The notes under the pieces: model-generated
Seen by the model: the letters and a program-made list of their open reading frames with translations, nothing else
What the model was told of the DNA's origin: nothing
Database searches by the model: none
Part shown: positions 44,576-59,981 of the stretch, in pieces
How the letters are laid out: every line of letters begins with the position of its first letter
Numbering within the stretch: position 1 is the first letter of the stretch
NCBI RefSeq assembly: GCF_003334305.1
Contig: NZ_QOWS01000001.1
Reading direction: 5' to 3' (one strand)
Length of the DNA stretch: 64,000 nt
Source: Escherichia coli
GTDB taxonomy: Bacteria; Pseudomonadota; Gammaproteobacteria; Enterobacterales; Enterobacteriaceae
Program-made: the position numbers and the translations under genes

Positions 44576-47414
44576 TTGAAATACCTTGCTTCTTTTCGTA
44601 CAACCCTGAAAGCCTCGCGCTACATGTTCAGAGCATTGGCGTTAGTGCTCTGGCTGTTGATTGCTTTTTCATCCGTTTTTTACATCGTTAATGCGTTACA
44701 TCAGCGAGAATCGGAAATTCGTCAGGAATTTAATCTGAGTTCCGATCAGGCTCAGCGCTTTATTCAACGCACCTCTGATGTGATGAAAGAGCTGAAGTAC
44801 ATCGCCGAAAATCGCTTATCGGCAGAAAACGGTGTGCTTTCCCCGCGTGGACGAGAAACGCAGGCGGATGTGCCTGCGTTTGAACCGCTGTTTGCCGACT
44901 CCGATTGTTCCGCAATGAGTAACACCTGGCGAGGTTCTCTGGAGTCATTGGCGTGGTTTATGCGCTACTGGCGCGATAATTTTTCTGCGGCTTACGATCT
45001 CAACCGGGTATTTTTAATCGGCAGTGATAACCTCTGCATGGCCAATTTCGGTCTGCGTGATATGCCAGTGGAACGCGATACCGCGTTGAAAGCTTTGCAT
45101 GAACGCATCAATAAATATCGAAATGCACCACAAGATGATAGCGGCAGTAACCTCTACTGGATCAGCGAAGGTCCGCGCCCTGGCGTCGGGTATTTTTACG
45201 CGTTGACGCCAGTTTATCTGGCGAACCGGTTGCAGGCGCTTTTGGGTGTCGAGCAGACCATCCGGATGGAGAACTTTTTCTTACCGGGTACGTTGCCGAT
45301 GGGGGTTACCATTCTTGATGAAAATGGTCATACCCTGATTTCGCTTACCGGACCAGAAAGTAAAATTAAGGGCGATCCTCGCTGGATGCAGGAACGCTCC
45401 TGGTTTGGCTATACGGAAGGGTTCCGGGAGCTGGTGCTGAAGAAAAATCTGCCACCCTCATCGCTAAGCATCGTGTATTCGGTGCCGGTTGATAAGGTGC
45501 TGGAACGCATTCGCATGTTGATCCTTAACGCAATTTTGCTGAATGTGCTTGCCGGAGCTGCATTGTTTACTCTCGCACGGATGTACGAGCGACGTATTTT
45601 CATTCCGGCGGAAAGCGACGCCCTGCGACTGGAAGAACATGAGCAGTTCAATCGCAAGATTGTCGCCTCCGCGCCAGTGGGTATCTGCATTTTGCGTACC
45701 GCTGATGGCGTCAATATTTTAAGTAACGAACTGGCGCATACCTATCTCAATATGCTTACGCATGAGGACCGCCAACGACTGACGCAAATTATCTGTGGGC
45801 AGCAGGTCAATTTTGTTGATGTCCTGACCAGCAACAATACCAATCTGCAAATCAGCTTCGTCCATTCGCGCTATCGTAATGAAAACGTGGCCATTTGTGT
45901 GCTGGTGGATGTTTCTTCGCGCGTGAAGATGGAAGAGTCGTTGCAGGAGATGGCACAAGCAGCGGAACAGGCGAGCCAGTCAAAATCGATGTTCCTTGCC
46001 ACCGTCAGTCATGAGCTGCGAACGCCGCTGTATGGCATTATCGGTAACCTGGATCTGTTGCAAACCAAAGAGTTACCGAAAGGCGTCGATCGGCTGGTGA
46101 CGGCAATGAACAACTCTTCCAGCCTGTTGTTGAAAATTATCAGCGATATTCTCGATTTCTCGAAGATTGAATCGGAACAGTTGAAGATCGAACCGCGTGA
46201 GTTTTCACCGCGTGAAGTGATGAACCACATCACCGCCAACTATTTACCGCTGGTGGTACGCAAGCAGTTAGGCTTGTACTGCTTTATTGAACCGGATGTG
46301 CCAGTGGCCTTAAATGGCGACCCGATGCGTTTACAGCAGGTCATCTCCAACCTGTTGAGTAACGCCATAAAATTCACCGATACCGGCTGTATAGTTTTGC
46401 ATGTCCGCGCTGATGGCGATTATCTCTCTATCCGTGTTCGCGATACCGGCGTGGGGATTCCGGCGAAAGAAGTGGTGCGCTTGTTTGATCCCTTCTTCCA
46501 GGTCGGAACGGGCGTACAGCGAAACTTCCAGGGGACCGGTCTGGGTCTGGCGATTTGTGAAAAACTGATCAGCATGATGGACGGCGATATCTCGGTAGAT
46601 TCAGAACCGGGAATGGGCAGCCAGTTTACCGTGCGTATTCCGTTGTACGGCGCTCAGTACCCGCAGAAAAAAGGCGTGGAAGGGTTGAGTGGTAAACGCT
46701 GCTGGCTGGCGGTCCGCAATGCGTCGCTCTGTCAGTTCCTGGAAACCAGTTTGCAGCGCAGCGGCATCGTCGTTACAACATACGAAGGGCAGGAACCGAC
46801 TCCCGAAGATGTGTTAATTACTGACGAGGTAGTGAGTAAAAAATGGCAGGGTAGAGCGGTAGTGACCTTCTGTCGTCGCCATATTGGTATTCCGCTGGAG
46901 AAAGCGCCAGGGGAGTGGGTACACAGTGTGGCTGCCCCGCATGAGCTACCGGCATTGTTGGCGCGTATTTATTTGATCGAGATGGAGAGCGACGATCCTG
47001 CTAACGCTCTGCCGTCGACGGACAAAGCGGTCAGCGATAATGACGATATGATGATTCTGGTCGTGGATGATCATCCGATTAACCGACGTCTGCTGGCAGA
47101 TCAGTTGGGATCGTTGGGCTATCAATGTAAAACCGCGAATGATGGTGTCGATGCGCTTAATGTACTTAGCAAGAATCATATTGATATCGTGCTTAGCGAC
47201 GTCAACATGCCAAATATGGATGGTTACCGCTTGACGCAACGCATTCGTCAGTTGGGACTGACGTTGCCGGTAATCGGAGTAACTGCTAATGCGTTGGCTG
47301 AAGAGAAGCAGCGGTGTCTGGAGTCCGGTATGGACAGCTGCCTGTCGAAGCCGGTAACGCTGGATGTGATAAAACAGACGCTGACGGTATATGCCGAGAG
47401 GGTCAGGAAATCGC

Positions 47415-47425
<11 letters not shown>
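44576..47425 (+). CDS. rcsC: hybrid sensor histidine kinase RcsC (949 aa, TTG start)
   Basis: MKYLASFRTTLK N-terminus, HisKA/HATPase motifs, C-terminal receiver domain (VVDDHPINRRLL...DVNMPNMDG). Confidence 0.96.
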
Positions 47426-47618
<193 letters not shown>

Positions 47619-47624
47619 AGGTGA

Positions 47625-48275
47625 TTAGTCTTTATCTGCCGGACTTAACGTCACAGAAGAGAGATAATTCAGCAGGGCGATATCGTTCTCGACACCCAGC
47701 TTCATCATCGCAGATTTCTTCTGGCTACTGATGGTTTTAATACTGCGGTTCAGCTTTTTAGCGATCTCGGTCACCAGGAAGCCTTCCGCAAACAGGCGCA
47801 GAACTTCACTCTCTTTTGGCGAGAGACGCTTGTCACCGTAACCACCAGCACTGATTTTTTCCAACAGGCGAGAAACGCTTTCCGGGGTAAATTTCTTCCC
47901 TTTCTGCAGCGCGGCGAGAGCTTTCGGCAGATCGGTCGGTGCACCTTGTTTCAGCACGATCCCTTCGATATCCAGATCCAATACCGCACTAAGAATCGCC
48001 GGGTTGTTGTTCATGGTCAGAACAATAATCGACAGGCTTGGGAAATGGCGCTTGATGTACTTGATTAAGGTAATGCCATCGCCGTACTTATCGCCAGGCA
48101 TGGAGAGATCGGTAATCAACACATGCGCATCCAGTTTCGGCAGGTTGTTGATCAGTGCTGTAGAGTCTTCAAATTCGCCGACAACATTCACCCACTCAAT
48201 TTGCTCAAGTGATTTGCGAATACCGAACAAGACTATCGGATGGTCATCGGCAATAATTACGTTCATATTGTTCAT
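47625..48275 (-). CDS. rcsB: response regulator RcsB (216 aa)
   Basis: Start MNNMNVIIADDHPIVLFGIRKSLEQ at residue 16 of track ORF; LuxR-type HTH C-terminus. Confidence 0.96.
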   Translation of the reverse strand: MNNMNVIIADDHPIVLFGIRKSLEQIEWVNVVGEFEDSTALINNLPKLDAHVLITDLSMPGDKYGDGITLIKYIKRHFPSLSIIVLTMNNNPAILSAVLDLDIEGIVLKQGAPTDLPKALAALQKGKKFTPESVSRLLEKISAGGYGDKRLSPKESEVLRLFAEGFLVTEIAKKLNRSIKTISSQKKSAMMKLGVENDIALLNYLSSVTLSPADKD

Positions 48276-48291
48276 GTAATAGGCTACCTTG

Positions 48292-50964
48292 CTACAGCAA
48301 GCTCTTGACATAACTGTCAATGTCGCTGATGTATTTTTCTATTCCTGGAACATCCTTCTCACGAATCAGATGTTCCAGCGTTTCACATAACTGCTTGCCG
48401 GGTACCAGATTTAGCATGGCAAATACGCCTTTAAGACGATGAGCCGTTTGGGCTAACGCAGCAAAGTCACTGGTTGCTGCTTCAGTATACAGCCTCTTAA
48501 CATCATCCGGTACTGTGTCTACAAAGAGCGCATAATAGCCGCTGGCATGGAGTTGCGCATTTTCATCTCCGCCCAGAGGCGATTCTGTCACCTCTTCCTG
48601 CGCCAGTTGCACTTCAATTAATTGTAAGACCGCTTCCTGCATAGCGTTGCTCATATTGAAGTTGACGCACAATTGACCAGGCCCAATTTCCCGTACGCCA
48701 GACTCATCATCGCTTAAAAGCAAGCCAGAGGCAGTAAGATTAGACGGATTATCCGTTAAAAAGATATCATAATCTTGACTAATTAATCTTTCATCGGGTG
48801 TGATACAGGTTGCACCCCAATTTTCTAACTGGCGAGTGACAATATTCCGAATTTCTGCCGAAGTAACATCCACCATTACGCAGACATCATCCAGTAAACG
48901 CTCTTCTTCCTCTTCAACTTCCGGGTCAGCGGCGAGCATTTTGATATGCACAGAGTAGCGTGTACCAAGCCCATCCCGCGTTTTGATGTTTAAATGACCG
49001 CCCAGTTTACGCGCCAGTTGATCGCTCAGCCAGAATGCCAGCGGGTCCGCCTTGCCATAGCGATCGTTTTGGGTCTGGTTGATAAACGGGAAGTGCAAAT
49101 TATCCATTTCATGAATACTTACGCCTTCTCCGGTGTCCAGAATGCGGAATGTCAGGCGGTCTTCAGAGGACTCATCCTGATCAACCTCAAGGGTGATTTT
49201 TCCCAATTGCGTTGAGGTCACGGCATATTGCATCAGTAGCAGCAAAATACGTCGTAAGGCATCGCGATCGCCGCGGCGCATATCGTGTGCTTTCAGATGA
49301 TTGTTAATCAGCAGTTGCAGACCTTTACGCTTGATGGCAGGCAACACTGAAGGCACAACTTCATCAATTAAATCCTGCACGGAGAACAGCACCGTCTCAC
49401 TTTTCCAGCTATCATCCGCAAGCATGTTCGCTAACTGTATTTCATCAACCAGCCGCACCAGCACATCTGCCTGATTCGCCAGTTGTTTGCTTTCCGGGGC
49501 GTTGAGTTTAGCCGCGCTCTCCGCCAGGGACTGTGCAGGTTCTTTCAGCGCATCGCCAATGTTTTTCATAAAGGTCATCCGGCCCTGCTGGTTTTTCTCA
49601 TACAGACGCTGCGCCTGCTTGAGTTTCTTGTTTACCAGCACTTCGCGATCCTGATCGCGAATAATGAAAATTTGTGTGCGCGGCGCGACCTGGCTGCGGA
49701 ACATGCGGATCTCATACAGCTCGTTATTGATCGTCGCCTGAATAATCCCCTGATGCTGTTCCGCCATGGTGGTGATGTTTTGCAGATTCAAATGCGGCAG
49801 CAAATGATCGGCAATTTTGTTACTTATGACAGTGCGGTTCGATTCCTGATCGTGAACCAGCAGGCCGAGCGGCAGCAGTGAGACTATCTCTTCATTAATT
49901 GCCCGTAAAATGCGCAATTCGTTATTGACCGCCGTGCTGGGTAGACTTTCTGTACTGCGGCTGGAGAAATGGCGGAATGTGGTATAGCCAAATAACGCCA
50001 GCGCCAGCAAACCGATGTTCAGCAGCAGTGGCAGCAGAATGTTTTGCAACGTATCCAGCAATAAGGTGCCATAAGGAACCTGCCAGACCAGGCGCATATC
50101 GGTAGAGTTGAGTGCCGAGGAGATTTCAATCTTCGTACTGTTAAAGTGGATACTGACGCTATCCGTCCCTTCTTTCTCATTATCATTGTTTCCCGTTGCC
50201 GTCGCGTCTGGCTCAAGGCGGAAACTGTCCAGCGGCATACCCGGTGGGATCAAATCATTAATCGGCAGATCAAAAGCCACGACCGTTGCCAGATGTCCTG
50301 GCTGGTTAAAGGTAGTACGCAAGGTAAAGTAATGACCGTTCTGCCAGGCCAGGCGGCGCATGTTAGAAAAGCTTTCGCGTTCATCGAGGGCGTTGGCCTG
50401 TTGCAACATCTCTGCACGACGTGAATCAACAATGTCGCTGACGGTCGATTCTTTAAATCCGGAGGTGAGATCTTTAAGGGGTAGGGTTGAGATCAGCACC
50501 AGACTGTTATCCTGACCATTCAGGTAATACATCGACCACGGTACATTTTCTGCGCCCCACAATGTATCCAGATAAGTGGACATCCGCTGAGTCATCTCAA
50601 GCGTTGAGTTGTCGTGAGAGCCAAAGATTAACGCTTCCGTTTTGCGGCGTGGTTTCTCCAGATAGTAGACATCCTGTTTCAGGCGCGTCTCTTGTAAACC
50701 TTCGCCGGAGGAGGGGGAGGTCGTCGCGGCAATGTTGTCGTAGATCTGCCAGGTCACGTAACGCCAGTTATCGACGCGCTTTTGGATAGCATGGGTAATG
50801 TCGACAATCTGGTAACTTTTATCTTTCAGCCAGGCGTTAACGGCGCTTTGTACCATTACACCCATCGTCACCAGTAACACAATGATCAACAGTAAAAAGA
50901 AGCGGGTAATGCTCCTCGGTAGGAGTGAAAAGCGGGTCGTGGCCGTTGTCTCTTTCTGACGCAT
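48292..50964 (-). CDS. rcsD: phosphotransfer intermediate protein RcsD (890 aa)
   Basis: 890-aa ORF with N-terminal TM segments and C-terminal HPt domain; immediately upstream of rcsB. Confidence 0.95.
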   Translation of the reverse strand: MRQKETTATTRFSLLPRSITRFFLLLIIVLLVTMGVMVQSAVNAWLKDKSYQIVDITHAIQKRVDNWRYVTWQIYDNIAATTSPSSGEGLQETRLKQDVYYLEKPRRKTEALIFGSHDNSTLEMTQRMSTYLDTLWGAENVPWSMYYLNGQDNSLVLISTLPLKDLTSGFKESTVSDIVDSRRAEMLQQANALDERESFSNMRRLAWQNGHYFTLRTTFNQPGHLATVVAFDLPINDLIPPGMPLDSFRLEPDATATGNNDNEKEGTDSVSIHFNSTKIEISSALNSTDMRLVWQVPYGTLLLDTLQNILLPLLLNIGLLALALFGYTTFRHFSSRSTESLPSTAVNNELRILRAINEEIVSLLPLGLLVHDQESNRTVISNKIADHLLPHLNLQNITTMAEQHQGIIQATINNELYEIRMFRSQVAPRTQIFIIRDQDREVLVNKKLKQAQRLYEKNQQGRMTFMKNIGDALKEPAQSLAESAAKLNAPESKQLANQADVLVRLVDEIQLANMLADDSWKSETVLFSVQDLIDEVVPSVLPAIKRKGLQLLINNHLKAHDMRRGDRDALRRILLLLMQYAVTSTQLGKITLEVDQDESSEDRLTFRILDTGEGVSIHEMDNLHFPFINQTQNDRYGKADPLAFWLSDQLARKLGGHLNIKTRDGLGTRYSVHIKMLAADPEVEEEEERLLDDVCVMVDVTSAEIRNIVTRQLENWGATCITPDERLISQDYDIFLTDNPSNLTASGLLLSDDESGVREIGPGQLCVNFNMSNAMQEAVLQLIEVQLAQEEVTESPLGGDENAQLHASGYYALFVDTVPDDVKRLYTEAATSDFAALAQTAHRLKGVFAMLNLVPGKQLCETLEHLIREKDVPGIEKYISDIDSYVKSLL

Positions 50965-51275
50965 TCGTGTTTATGACCTGTTAAAACTTCGCGAAGTGAT
51001 AGGGCAGTATAAAGGGTACAGTGTGAAATTCCAGACTCTTACCTGATTGATGATTCTCTATTCTCCCGTGATATTTATCATCCTGCATTGGGGGAAATAG
51101 ATGTACAAGCGCCATTTTGCTGTACAAATAACCTACAAAAATCCCAACAAAAATAATTGCAAATAAACAAAGATTGCTGGAAATTATGCGGATGTTAATT
51201 ATTTGTGAAATAGTTAACAAGCGTTATAGTTTTTCTGTGGTAGCACAGAATAATGAAAAGTGTGTAAAGAAGGGT

Positions 51276-51368
51276 AAAAAAAACCGAATGCGAGGCATCC
51301 GGTTGAAATAGGGGTAAACAGACATTCAGAAATGAATGACGGTAATAAATAAAGTTAATGATGATAGC
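51276..51368 (-). ncRNA. micF: MicF antisense sRNA (93 nt)
   Basis: Reverse complement reads GCTATCATCATTAACTTTATTTATTACCGTCATTCATTTCTGAATGTCTGTTTACCCCTATTTCAACCGGATGCCTCGCATTCGGTTTTTTTT, with terminal hairpin and U-run; divergent from ompC. Confidence 0.95.
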
Positions 51369-52806
<1,438 letters not shown>

Positions 52807-52825
52807 TCTCGATTGATATCGAACA

Positions 52826-52848
52826 AAGGGCCTGCGGGCCCTTTTTTC
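52826..52848 (+). terminator. ompC rho-independent terminator
   Basis: agggcc-tgcg-ggccct stem-loop followed by T6, 20 nt after ompC stop. Confidence 0.85.
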
Positions 52849-52917
52849 ATTGTTTTCAGCGTACAAACACAGTTTTTTGGTGTACTCTTGCGACCGTTCG
52901 CATGAGGATAATCACGT

Positions 52918-53973
52918 ATGGAAATAAGCTTTACCCGCGTGGCACTGCTGGCTGCCGCGCTCTTCTTTGTTGGTTGCGATCAAAAACCACAACCCGCCAA
53001 AACCCACGCTACTGAAGTTACCGTTCTTGAAGGCAAAACCATGGGTACCTTCTGGCGTGCCAGCATCCCGGGCATTGACGCCAAACGCAGTGCCGAACTT
53101 AAAGAAAAGATTCAGACCCAGCTGGATGCCGACGATCAGCTGCTTTCGACCTATAAAAAAGATTCCGCGCTGATGCGCTTTAACGACTCGCAAAGTTTGT
53201 CGCCGTGGCCGGTAAGTGAAGCGATGGCCGATATCGTCACCACCTCGCTGCGCATTGGCGCAAGGACCGATGGTGCGATGGATATAACCGTCGGGCCGCT
53301 GGTGAATCTGTGGGGCTTTGGCCCGGAACAACAGCCGGTTCAAATTCCGAGCCAGGAACAGATCGATGCGATGAAAGCCAAAACCGGCTTACAGCACCTG
53401 ACGGTCATCAATCAGTCGCATCAGCAATATCTGCAAAAAGACCTGCCGGATTTATATGTCGATCTCTCCACCGTCGGTGAAGGTTATGCGGCGGATCACC
53501 TGGCACGCTTGATGGAGCAGGAAGGGATTTCCCGCTATCTGGTGTCGGTGGGCGGCGCGCTGAACAGCCGTGGTATGAACGGTGAAGGCCAGCCGTGGCG
53601 GGTAGCGATTCAAAAACCAACCGATAAAGAAAACGCGGTTCAGGCTGTGGTGGATATCAACGGTCATGGGATTAGCACCTCTGGCAGCTACCGTAACTAT
53701 TACGAACTGGACGGCAAACGTCTTTCCCATGTTATCGATCCGCAAACCGGGCGTCCCATCGAACACAATCTGGTATCCGTGACGGTGATTGCTCCGACGG
53801 CGCTGGAAGCCGATGCCTGGGATACTGGCTTGATGGTACTCGGGCCGGAGAAAGCCAAAGAGGTTGTTCGCCGGGAAGGGCTGGCGGTTTATATGATCAC
53901 CAAAGAAGGCGATAGCTTTAAAACCTGGATGTCACCACAGTTTAAAAGCTTCCTTGTCAGCGAAAAAAATTAA
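52918..53973 (+). CDS. apbE: FAD:protein FMN transferase (ApbE/Ftp lipoprotein, 351 aa)
   Basis: Lipoprotein signal (LFFVGCDQ), ApbE-family sequence, synteny ompC-apbE-ada. Confidence 0.92.
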   Translation: MEISFTRVALLAAALFFVGCDQKPQPAKTHATEVTVLEGKTMGTFWRASIPGIDAKRSAELKEKIQTQLDADDQLLSTYKKDSALMRFNDSQSLSPWPVSEAMADIVTTSLRIGARTDGAMDITVGPLVNLWGFGPEQQPVQIPSQEQIDAMKAKTGLQHLTVINQSHQQYLQKDLPDLYVDLSTVGEGYAADHLARLMEQEGISRYLVSVGGALNSRGMNGEGQPWRVAIQKPTDKENAVQAVVDINGHGISTSGSYRNYYELDGKRLSHVIDPQTGRPIEHNLVSVTVIAPTALEADAWDTGLMVLGPEKAKEVVRREGLAVYMITKEGDSFKTWMSPQFKSFLVSEKN

Positions 53974-54046
53974 AGCGCAAGATTGTTGGTTTTTGCGTGA
54001 TGGTGACCGGGCAGACTAAAGGCTATCCTTAACCAGGGAGCTGATT
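53960..54046 (+). promoter_or_regulatory. ada promoter with Ada box AAANNAAAGCGCA (aaagcgca at 53972..53979, overlapping apbE stop)
   Basis: Sequence aaattaaagcgca matches the established Ada-binding consensus about 70 bp upstream of ada ATG. Confidence 0.7.
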
Positions 54047-55111
54047 ATGAAAAACGCCACATGCTTAGCTGACGATCAACGCTGGCAATCTGTCTTAGCC
54101 CGCGACCCGAATGCCGACGGCGAATTCGTTTTCGCCGTGCGCACCACAGGCATCTTTTGCCGTCCGTCTTGCCGCGCCAGACATGCCTTGCGGGAAAATG
54201 TCTCCTTCTACGCAAATGCCAGCGAGGCACTCGCCGCCGGATTTCGCCCCTGCAAACGCTGCCAACCTGATAAAGCCAATGCCCAGCAACATCGGTTGGA
54301 TAAAATCACCCACGCGTGTCGACTGCTGGAACAGGAAACGCCTGTAACGTTGGAAGCCTTAGCCGACCAGGTGGCGATGAGTCCATTTCATCTACATCGG
54401 TTGTTTAAAGCGACTACCGGAATGACGCCTAAAGCCTGGCAACAGGCCTGGCGCGCTCGCCGTTTGCGCGAATCGCTGGCGAAAGGGGAGAGCGTGACGA
54501 CGTCTATTCTTAACGCCGGATTCCCCGACAGCAGCAGTTACTACCGCAAAGCCGATGAAACGCTGGGCATGACGGCTAAACAATTCCGTCACGGTGGCGA
54601 AAATCTGGCGGTGCGTTACGCGCTGGCTGATTGTGCGCTGGGTCGTTGCCTGGTGGCAGAAAGCGAGCGGGGGATTTGCGCGATATTGCTGGGCGATGAT
54701 GACGCGACACTAATCAGCGAGTTGCAGCAGATGTTTCCCGCTGCCGACAACGCGCCTGCCGATCTGATGTTTCAGCAACATGTGCGTGAAGTGATCGCCA
54801 GCCTCAATCAACGCGATACGCCGCTGACGTTACCGCTGGACATTCGCGGCACTGCTTTTCAGCAACAAGTCTGGCAGGCACTGCGCACGATACCTTGCGG
54901 TGAAACCGTCAGTTATCAGCAACTGGCTAACGCCATCGGCAAACCGAAAGCGGTACGGGCCGTTGCCAGCGCCTGTGCCGCCAACAAGCTGGCTATCATA
55001 ATACCCTGTCATCGGGTGGTCCGTGGTGATGGCACACTTTCCGGTTACCGCTGGGGCGTGTCGCGTAAAGCGCAACTGCTGCGCCGCGAAGCTGAAAATG
55101 AGGAGAGGTAA
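54047..55111 (+). CDS. ada: bifunctional transcriptional regulator / O6-methylguanine-DNA methyltransferase Ada
   Basis: 354-aa ORF with N-terminal Cys cluster (FCRPSCRARHAL..PCKRCQP) and C-terminal PCHRV active site. Confidence 0.96.
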   Translation: MKNATCLADDQRWQSVLARDPNADGEFVFAVRTTGIFCRPSCRARHALRENVSFYANASEALAAGFRPCKRCQPDKANAQQHRLDKITHACRLLEQETPVTLEALADQVAMSPFHLHRLFKATTGMTPKAWQQAWRARRLRESLAKGESVTTSILNAGFPDSSSYYRKADETLGMTAKQFRHGGENLAVRYALADCALGRCLVAESERGICAILLGDDDATLISELQQMFPAADNAPADLMFQQHVREVIASLNQRDTPLTLPLDIRGTAFQQQVWQALRTIPCGETVSYQQLANAIGKPKAVRAVASACAANKLAIIIPCHRVVRGDGTLSGYRWGVSRKAQLLRREAENEER

Positions 55112-55761
55112 TGTTGGATCTGTTTGCCGATGCTGAACCGTGGCAAGAGCCACTGGCGGCTGGAGCGGTAATTTTGCACCGTTTTGCTTTTAACGCTGCG
55201 GAGCAACTAATCCGCGATATTAATGACGTTGCCAGCCAGTCGCCGTTTCGCCAGATGGTCACCCCCGGGGGATATACCATGTCGGTGGCGATGACCAATT
55301 GTGGGCATCTGGGCTGGACGAGCCATCGGCAAGGTTATCTCTATTCGCCCATTGATCCGCAAACAAATAAACCGTGGCCCGCCATGCCACAGAGTTTTCA
55401 TAATTTATGTCAACGTGCGGCTACGGCGGCGGGCTATCCAGATTTCCAGCCAGATGCTTGTCTTATCAACCGCTACGCTCCTGGCGCGAAACTGTCGCTG
55501 CATCAGGATAAAGACGAACCGGATCTGCGCGCGCCAATTGTTTCTGTTTCTCTGGGCTTACCCGCGATTTTTCAATTTGGTGGCCTGAAACGTAATGATC
55601 CGCTCAAACGTTTGTTGTTGGAACATGGCGATGTGGTGGTATGGGGCGGTGAATCGCGGCTGTTTTATCACGGCATTCAACCGCTGAAAGCGGGGTTTCA
55701 TCCACTCACCGGCGACTGCCGCTACAACCTGACATTCCGTCAGGCAGGTAAAAAAGAATAA
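55111..55761 (+). CDS. alkB: alpha-ketoglutarate-dependent dioxygenase AlkB
   Basis: 216-aa ORF overlapping ada stop (TAATG); HxD...H Fe(II)/2OG motifs. Confidence 0.95.
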   Translation: MLDLFADAEPWQEPLAAGAVILHRFAFNAAEQLIRDINDVASQSPFRQMVTPGGYTMSVAMTNCGHLGWTSHRQGYLYSPIDPQTNKPWPAMPQSFHNLCQRAATAAGYPDFQPDACLINRYAPGAKLSLHQDKDEPDLRAPIVSVSLGLPAIFQFGGLKRNDPLKRLLLEHGDVVVWGGESRLFYHGIQPLKAGFHPLTGDCRYNLTFRQAGKKE

Positions 55762-55836
55762 AAATAAGAATTATTATTGCTGTGCGCGCGAAGATGTTTA
55801 AACTGCGGGCTGTAATTCATTGTCCGGGTTTTCTGC

Positions 55837-57480
55837 ATGGAACTTCTTGTACTTGTCTGGCGGCAGTATCGCTGGCCATTTATCAGTGTGATGGCGCTAA
55901 GCCTCGCCAGTGCGGCATTAGGCATTGGCTTAATTGCTTTTATCAATCAGCGCCTTATCGAAACGGCGGATACCAGTCTGCTGGTATTGCCGGAGTTTCT
56001 GGGATTATTGCTGCTGTTGATGGCAGTCACTCTCGGATCGCAACTGGCGCTCACCACTTTGGGGCATCACTTCGTTTACCGACTGCGTAGTGAATTTATC
56101 AAGCGGATTCTGGATACCAACGTCGAGCGCATTGAACAACTCGGTAGCGCCTCGTTGCTGGCGGGATTAACCAGCGATGTGCGCAATATCACCATTGCTT
56201 TTGTGCGTCTTCCGGAACTGGTGCAGGGGATCATTCTCACTATCGGTTCCGCGGCGTATCTGTGGATGCTGTCGGGCAAAATGTTGCTGGTAACGGCTAT
56301 CTGGATGGCGATCACCATCTGGGGTGGTTTTGTACTGGTGGCGCGGGTGTACAAACATATGGCGACCCTGCGTGAAACCGAAGACAAGCTGTACACGGAT
56401 TTTCAAACCGTACTCGAAGGGCGCAAAGAGCTGACTCTGAACCGGGAACGCGCCGAGTATGTGTTTAACAACCTCTACATCCCCGATGCGCAAGAGTATC
56501 GCCATCATATTATTCGCGCAGACACCTTCCATCTTAGCGCCGTGAACTGGTCAAACATCATGATGCTGGGCGCTATCGGCCTGGTGTTCTGGATGGCGAA
56601 CAGTCTCGGTTGGGCTGATACCAACGTTGCTGCGACCTATTCGTTGACGCTGTTATTCCTGCGTACGCCGCTGCTTTCGGCGGTTGGCGCATTGCCGACG
56701 CTGCTGACGGCGCAGGTGGCGTTTAACAAGCTGAACAAATTCGCGCTCGCGCCTTTCAAAGCTGAGTTTCCGCGCCCGCAGGCTTTTCCCAACTGGCAAA
56801 CGCTGGAGCTGCGTAACGTGACGTTTAGCTATCAGGATAACGCGTTTTCCGTTGGGCCGATTAACCTCACCATTAAACGTGGCGAGCTGCTGTTTCTGAT
56901 TGGTGGCAACGGTAGTGGAAAATCGACGCTGGCGATGTTGCTGACGGGCTTGTACCAGCCACAAAGCGGCGAAATCTTGCTGGATGGCAAACCTGTCAGT
57001 GGCGAACAACCGGAAGATTATCGCAAACTGTTTTCGGCAGTGTTTACCGATGTCTGGCTGTTTGATCAACTGCTGGGGCCGGAGGGTAAACCCGCTAACC
57101 CGCAACTGGTTGAGAAGTGGCTGGCGCAGCTGAAAATGGCTCATAAGCTTGAGTTAAGCAACGGGCGTATTGTTAACCTGAAGTTATCAAAAGGGCAGAA
57201 AAAACGCGTGGCGCTGTTGCTGGCGCTGGCAGAAGAACGCGATATTATCCTGCTGGATGAATGGGCGGCGGATCAGGATCCACACTTCCGTCGTGAGTTT
57301 TATCAGGTGTTGCTGCCGCTGATGCAGGAGATGGGTAAAACTATTTTCGCTATCAGTCATGATGATCATTACTTTATCCACGCCGACCGCCTGCTGGAAA
57401 TGCGCAATGGGCAACTTAGCGAGCTGACGGGCGAAGAGCGCGATGCCGCTTCGCGTGATGCCGTTGCCCGGACGGCATAA
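55837..57480 (+). CDS. yojI: ABC transporter (fused permease/ATPase) YojI, microcin J25 efflux
   Basis: 547-aa ORF with N-terminal TM domain and Walker [10 protein letters not shown], signature LSKGQKKR, Walker B ILLDEWAA. Confidence 0.92.
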   Translation: MELLVLVWRQYRWPFISVMALSLASAALGIGLIAFINQRLIETADTSLLVLPEFLGLLLLLMAVTLGSQLALTTLGHHFVYRLRSEFIKRILDTNVERIEQLGSASLLAGLTSDVRNITIAFVRLPELVQGIILTIGSAAYLWMLSGKMLLVTAIWMAITIWGGFVLVARVYKHMATLRETEDKLYTDFQTVLEGRKELTLNRERAEYVFNNLYIPDAQEYRHHIIRADTFHLSAVNWSNIMMLGAIGLVFWMANSLGWADTNVAATYSLTLLFLRTPLLSAVGALPTLLTAQVAFNKLNKFALAPFKAEFPRPQAFPNWQTLELRNVTFSYQDNAFSVGPINLTIKRGELLFLIGGNGSGKSTLAMLLTGLYQPQSGEILLDGKPVSGEQPEDYRKLFSAVFTDVWLFDQLLGPEGKPANPQLVEKWLAQLKMAHKLELSNGRIVNLKLSKGQKKRVALLLALAEERDIILLDEWAADQDPHFRREFYQVLLPLMQEMGKTIFAISHDDHYFIHADRLLEMRNGQLSELTGEERDAASRDAVARTA

Positions 57481-57685
57481 TATTACGACGCTGACCTGGC
57501 GGACTGCTGCCGTCAGGTCAATATGCTAAAAATCCCTTCATTTCTAATAACCCTATAATTAATCAACGAAATTATAATGTTTCTAAAATTAGAATATAAT
57601 TTATAAACATTATTTAAATGTTGTTACTTAAGTGTTACCGTTGATGCCGCGCAAATCTCACCTGCAATAAAGCGACTAAAAGTAA

Positions 57686-59344
<1,659 letters not shown>

Positions 59345-59347
59345 TGA

Positions 59348-59475
59348 TGTGCCACATCCGGCATGGTATGCCGGATGTGGCGTATGCTGATAAGACGCGC
59401 CAGCGTCGCATCAGGCACCGGCTCGGGCGTTAGATGTCGGATGCGGCGTGACCGCCTTATTCGGCCTACGGGGTG
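59348..59475. repeat. REP element cluster (BIME-like) between mqo and eco
   Basis: Multiple palindromic units (gccggatgtggcgt..., gataagacgcgccagcgtcgcatcaggc, gtcggatgcggcgtgaccgccttattcggcctac). Confidence 0.75.
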
Positions 59476-59492
59476 CCGCACTTCACAGCATT

Positions 59493-59981
59493 TTAGCGAA
59501 CTACCGCGTTGTCAATTTTCTCTTCCGCCTTCCAGACGCGGTACTTCACATCTACATTGTCTGGCGTATACACCACGATCGGCAGCTTGCTGTTGTAACG
59601 CAGCATTCCAGCATCGCCCAGATACGCGGTGACAAATTTCTTCTCTTTCTTGCCATCCGGGCAGGCCATCATCGTCGAAACCGGGGAACTGACTTTATCA
59701 AAGACATAATAATCATAGCCCCAGCCTTCCAGCGTTTTGTTTTCCAGCTTCCCGCCGAGACGATGCAAATTGCAATCGACTTCCAGCGTCTGACCGATTA
59801 ACAGTTCTACTTTCAGGGTAGATTCATCTTCTTGCGGGGTTAACTGAATCACCTGACGCTTCATCCCTTTTTCAGCTTGTGGATAAGGCGCGATTTTTTC
59901 CAGTGGCTGGACGCTTTCTGCCGCCCAGGCGGAAGTGGTAGCGAAAGCGGCAAACAATACTGCAGGTAGAATGGTCTTCAT
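59493..59981 (-). CDS. eco: ecotin, periplasmic serine protease inhibitor (162 aa)
   Basis: Start [20 protein letters not shown] at residue 8 of track ORF. Confidence 0.95.
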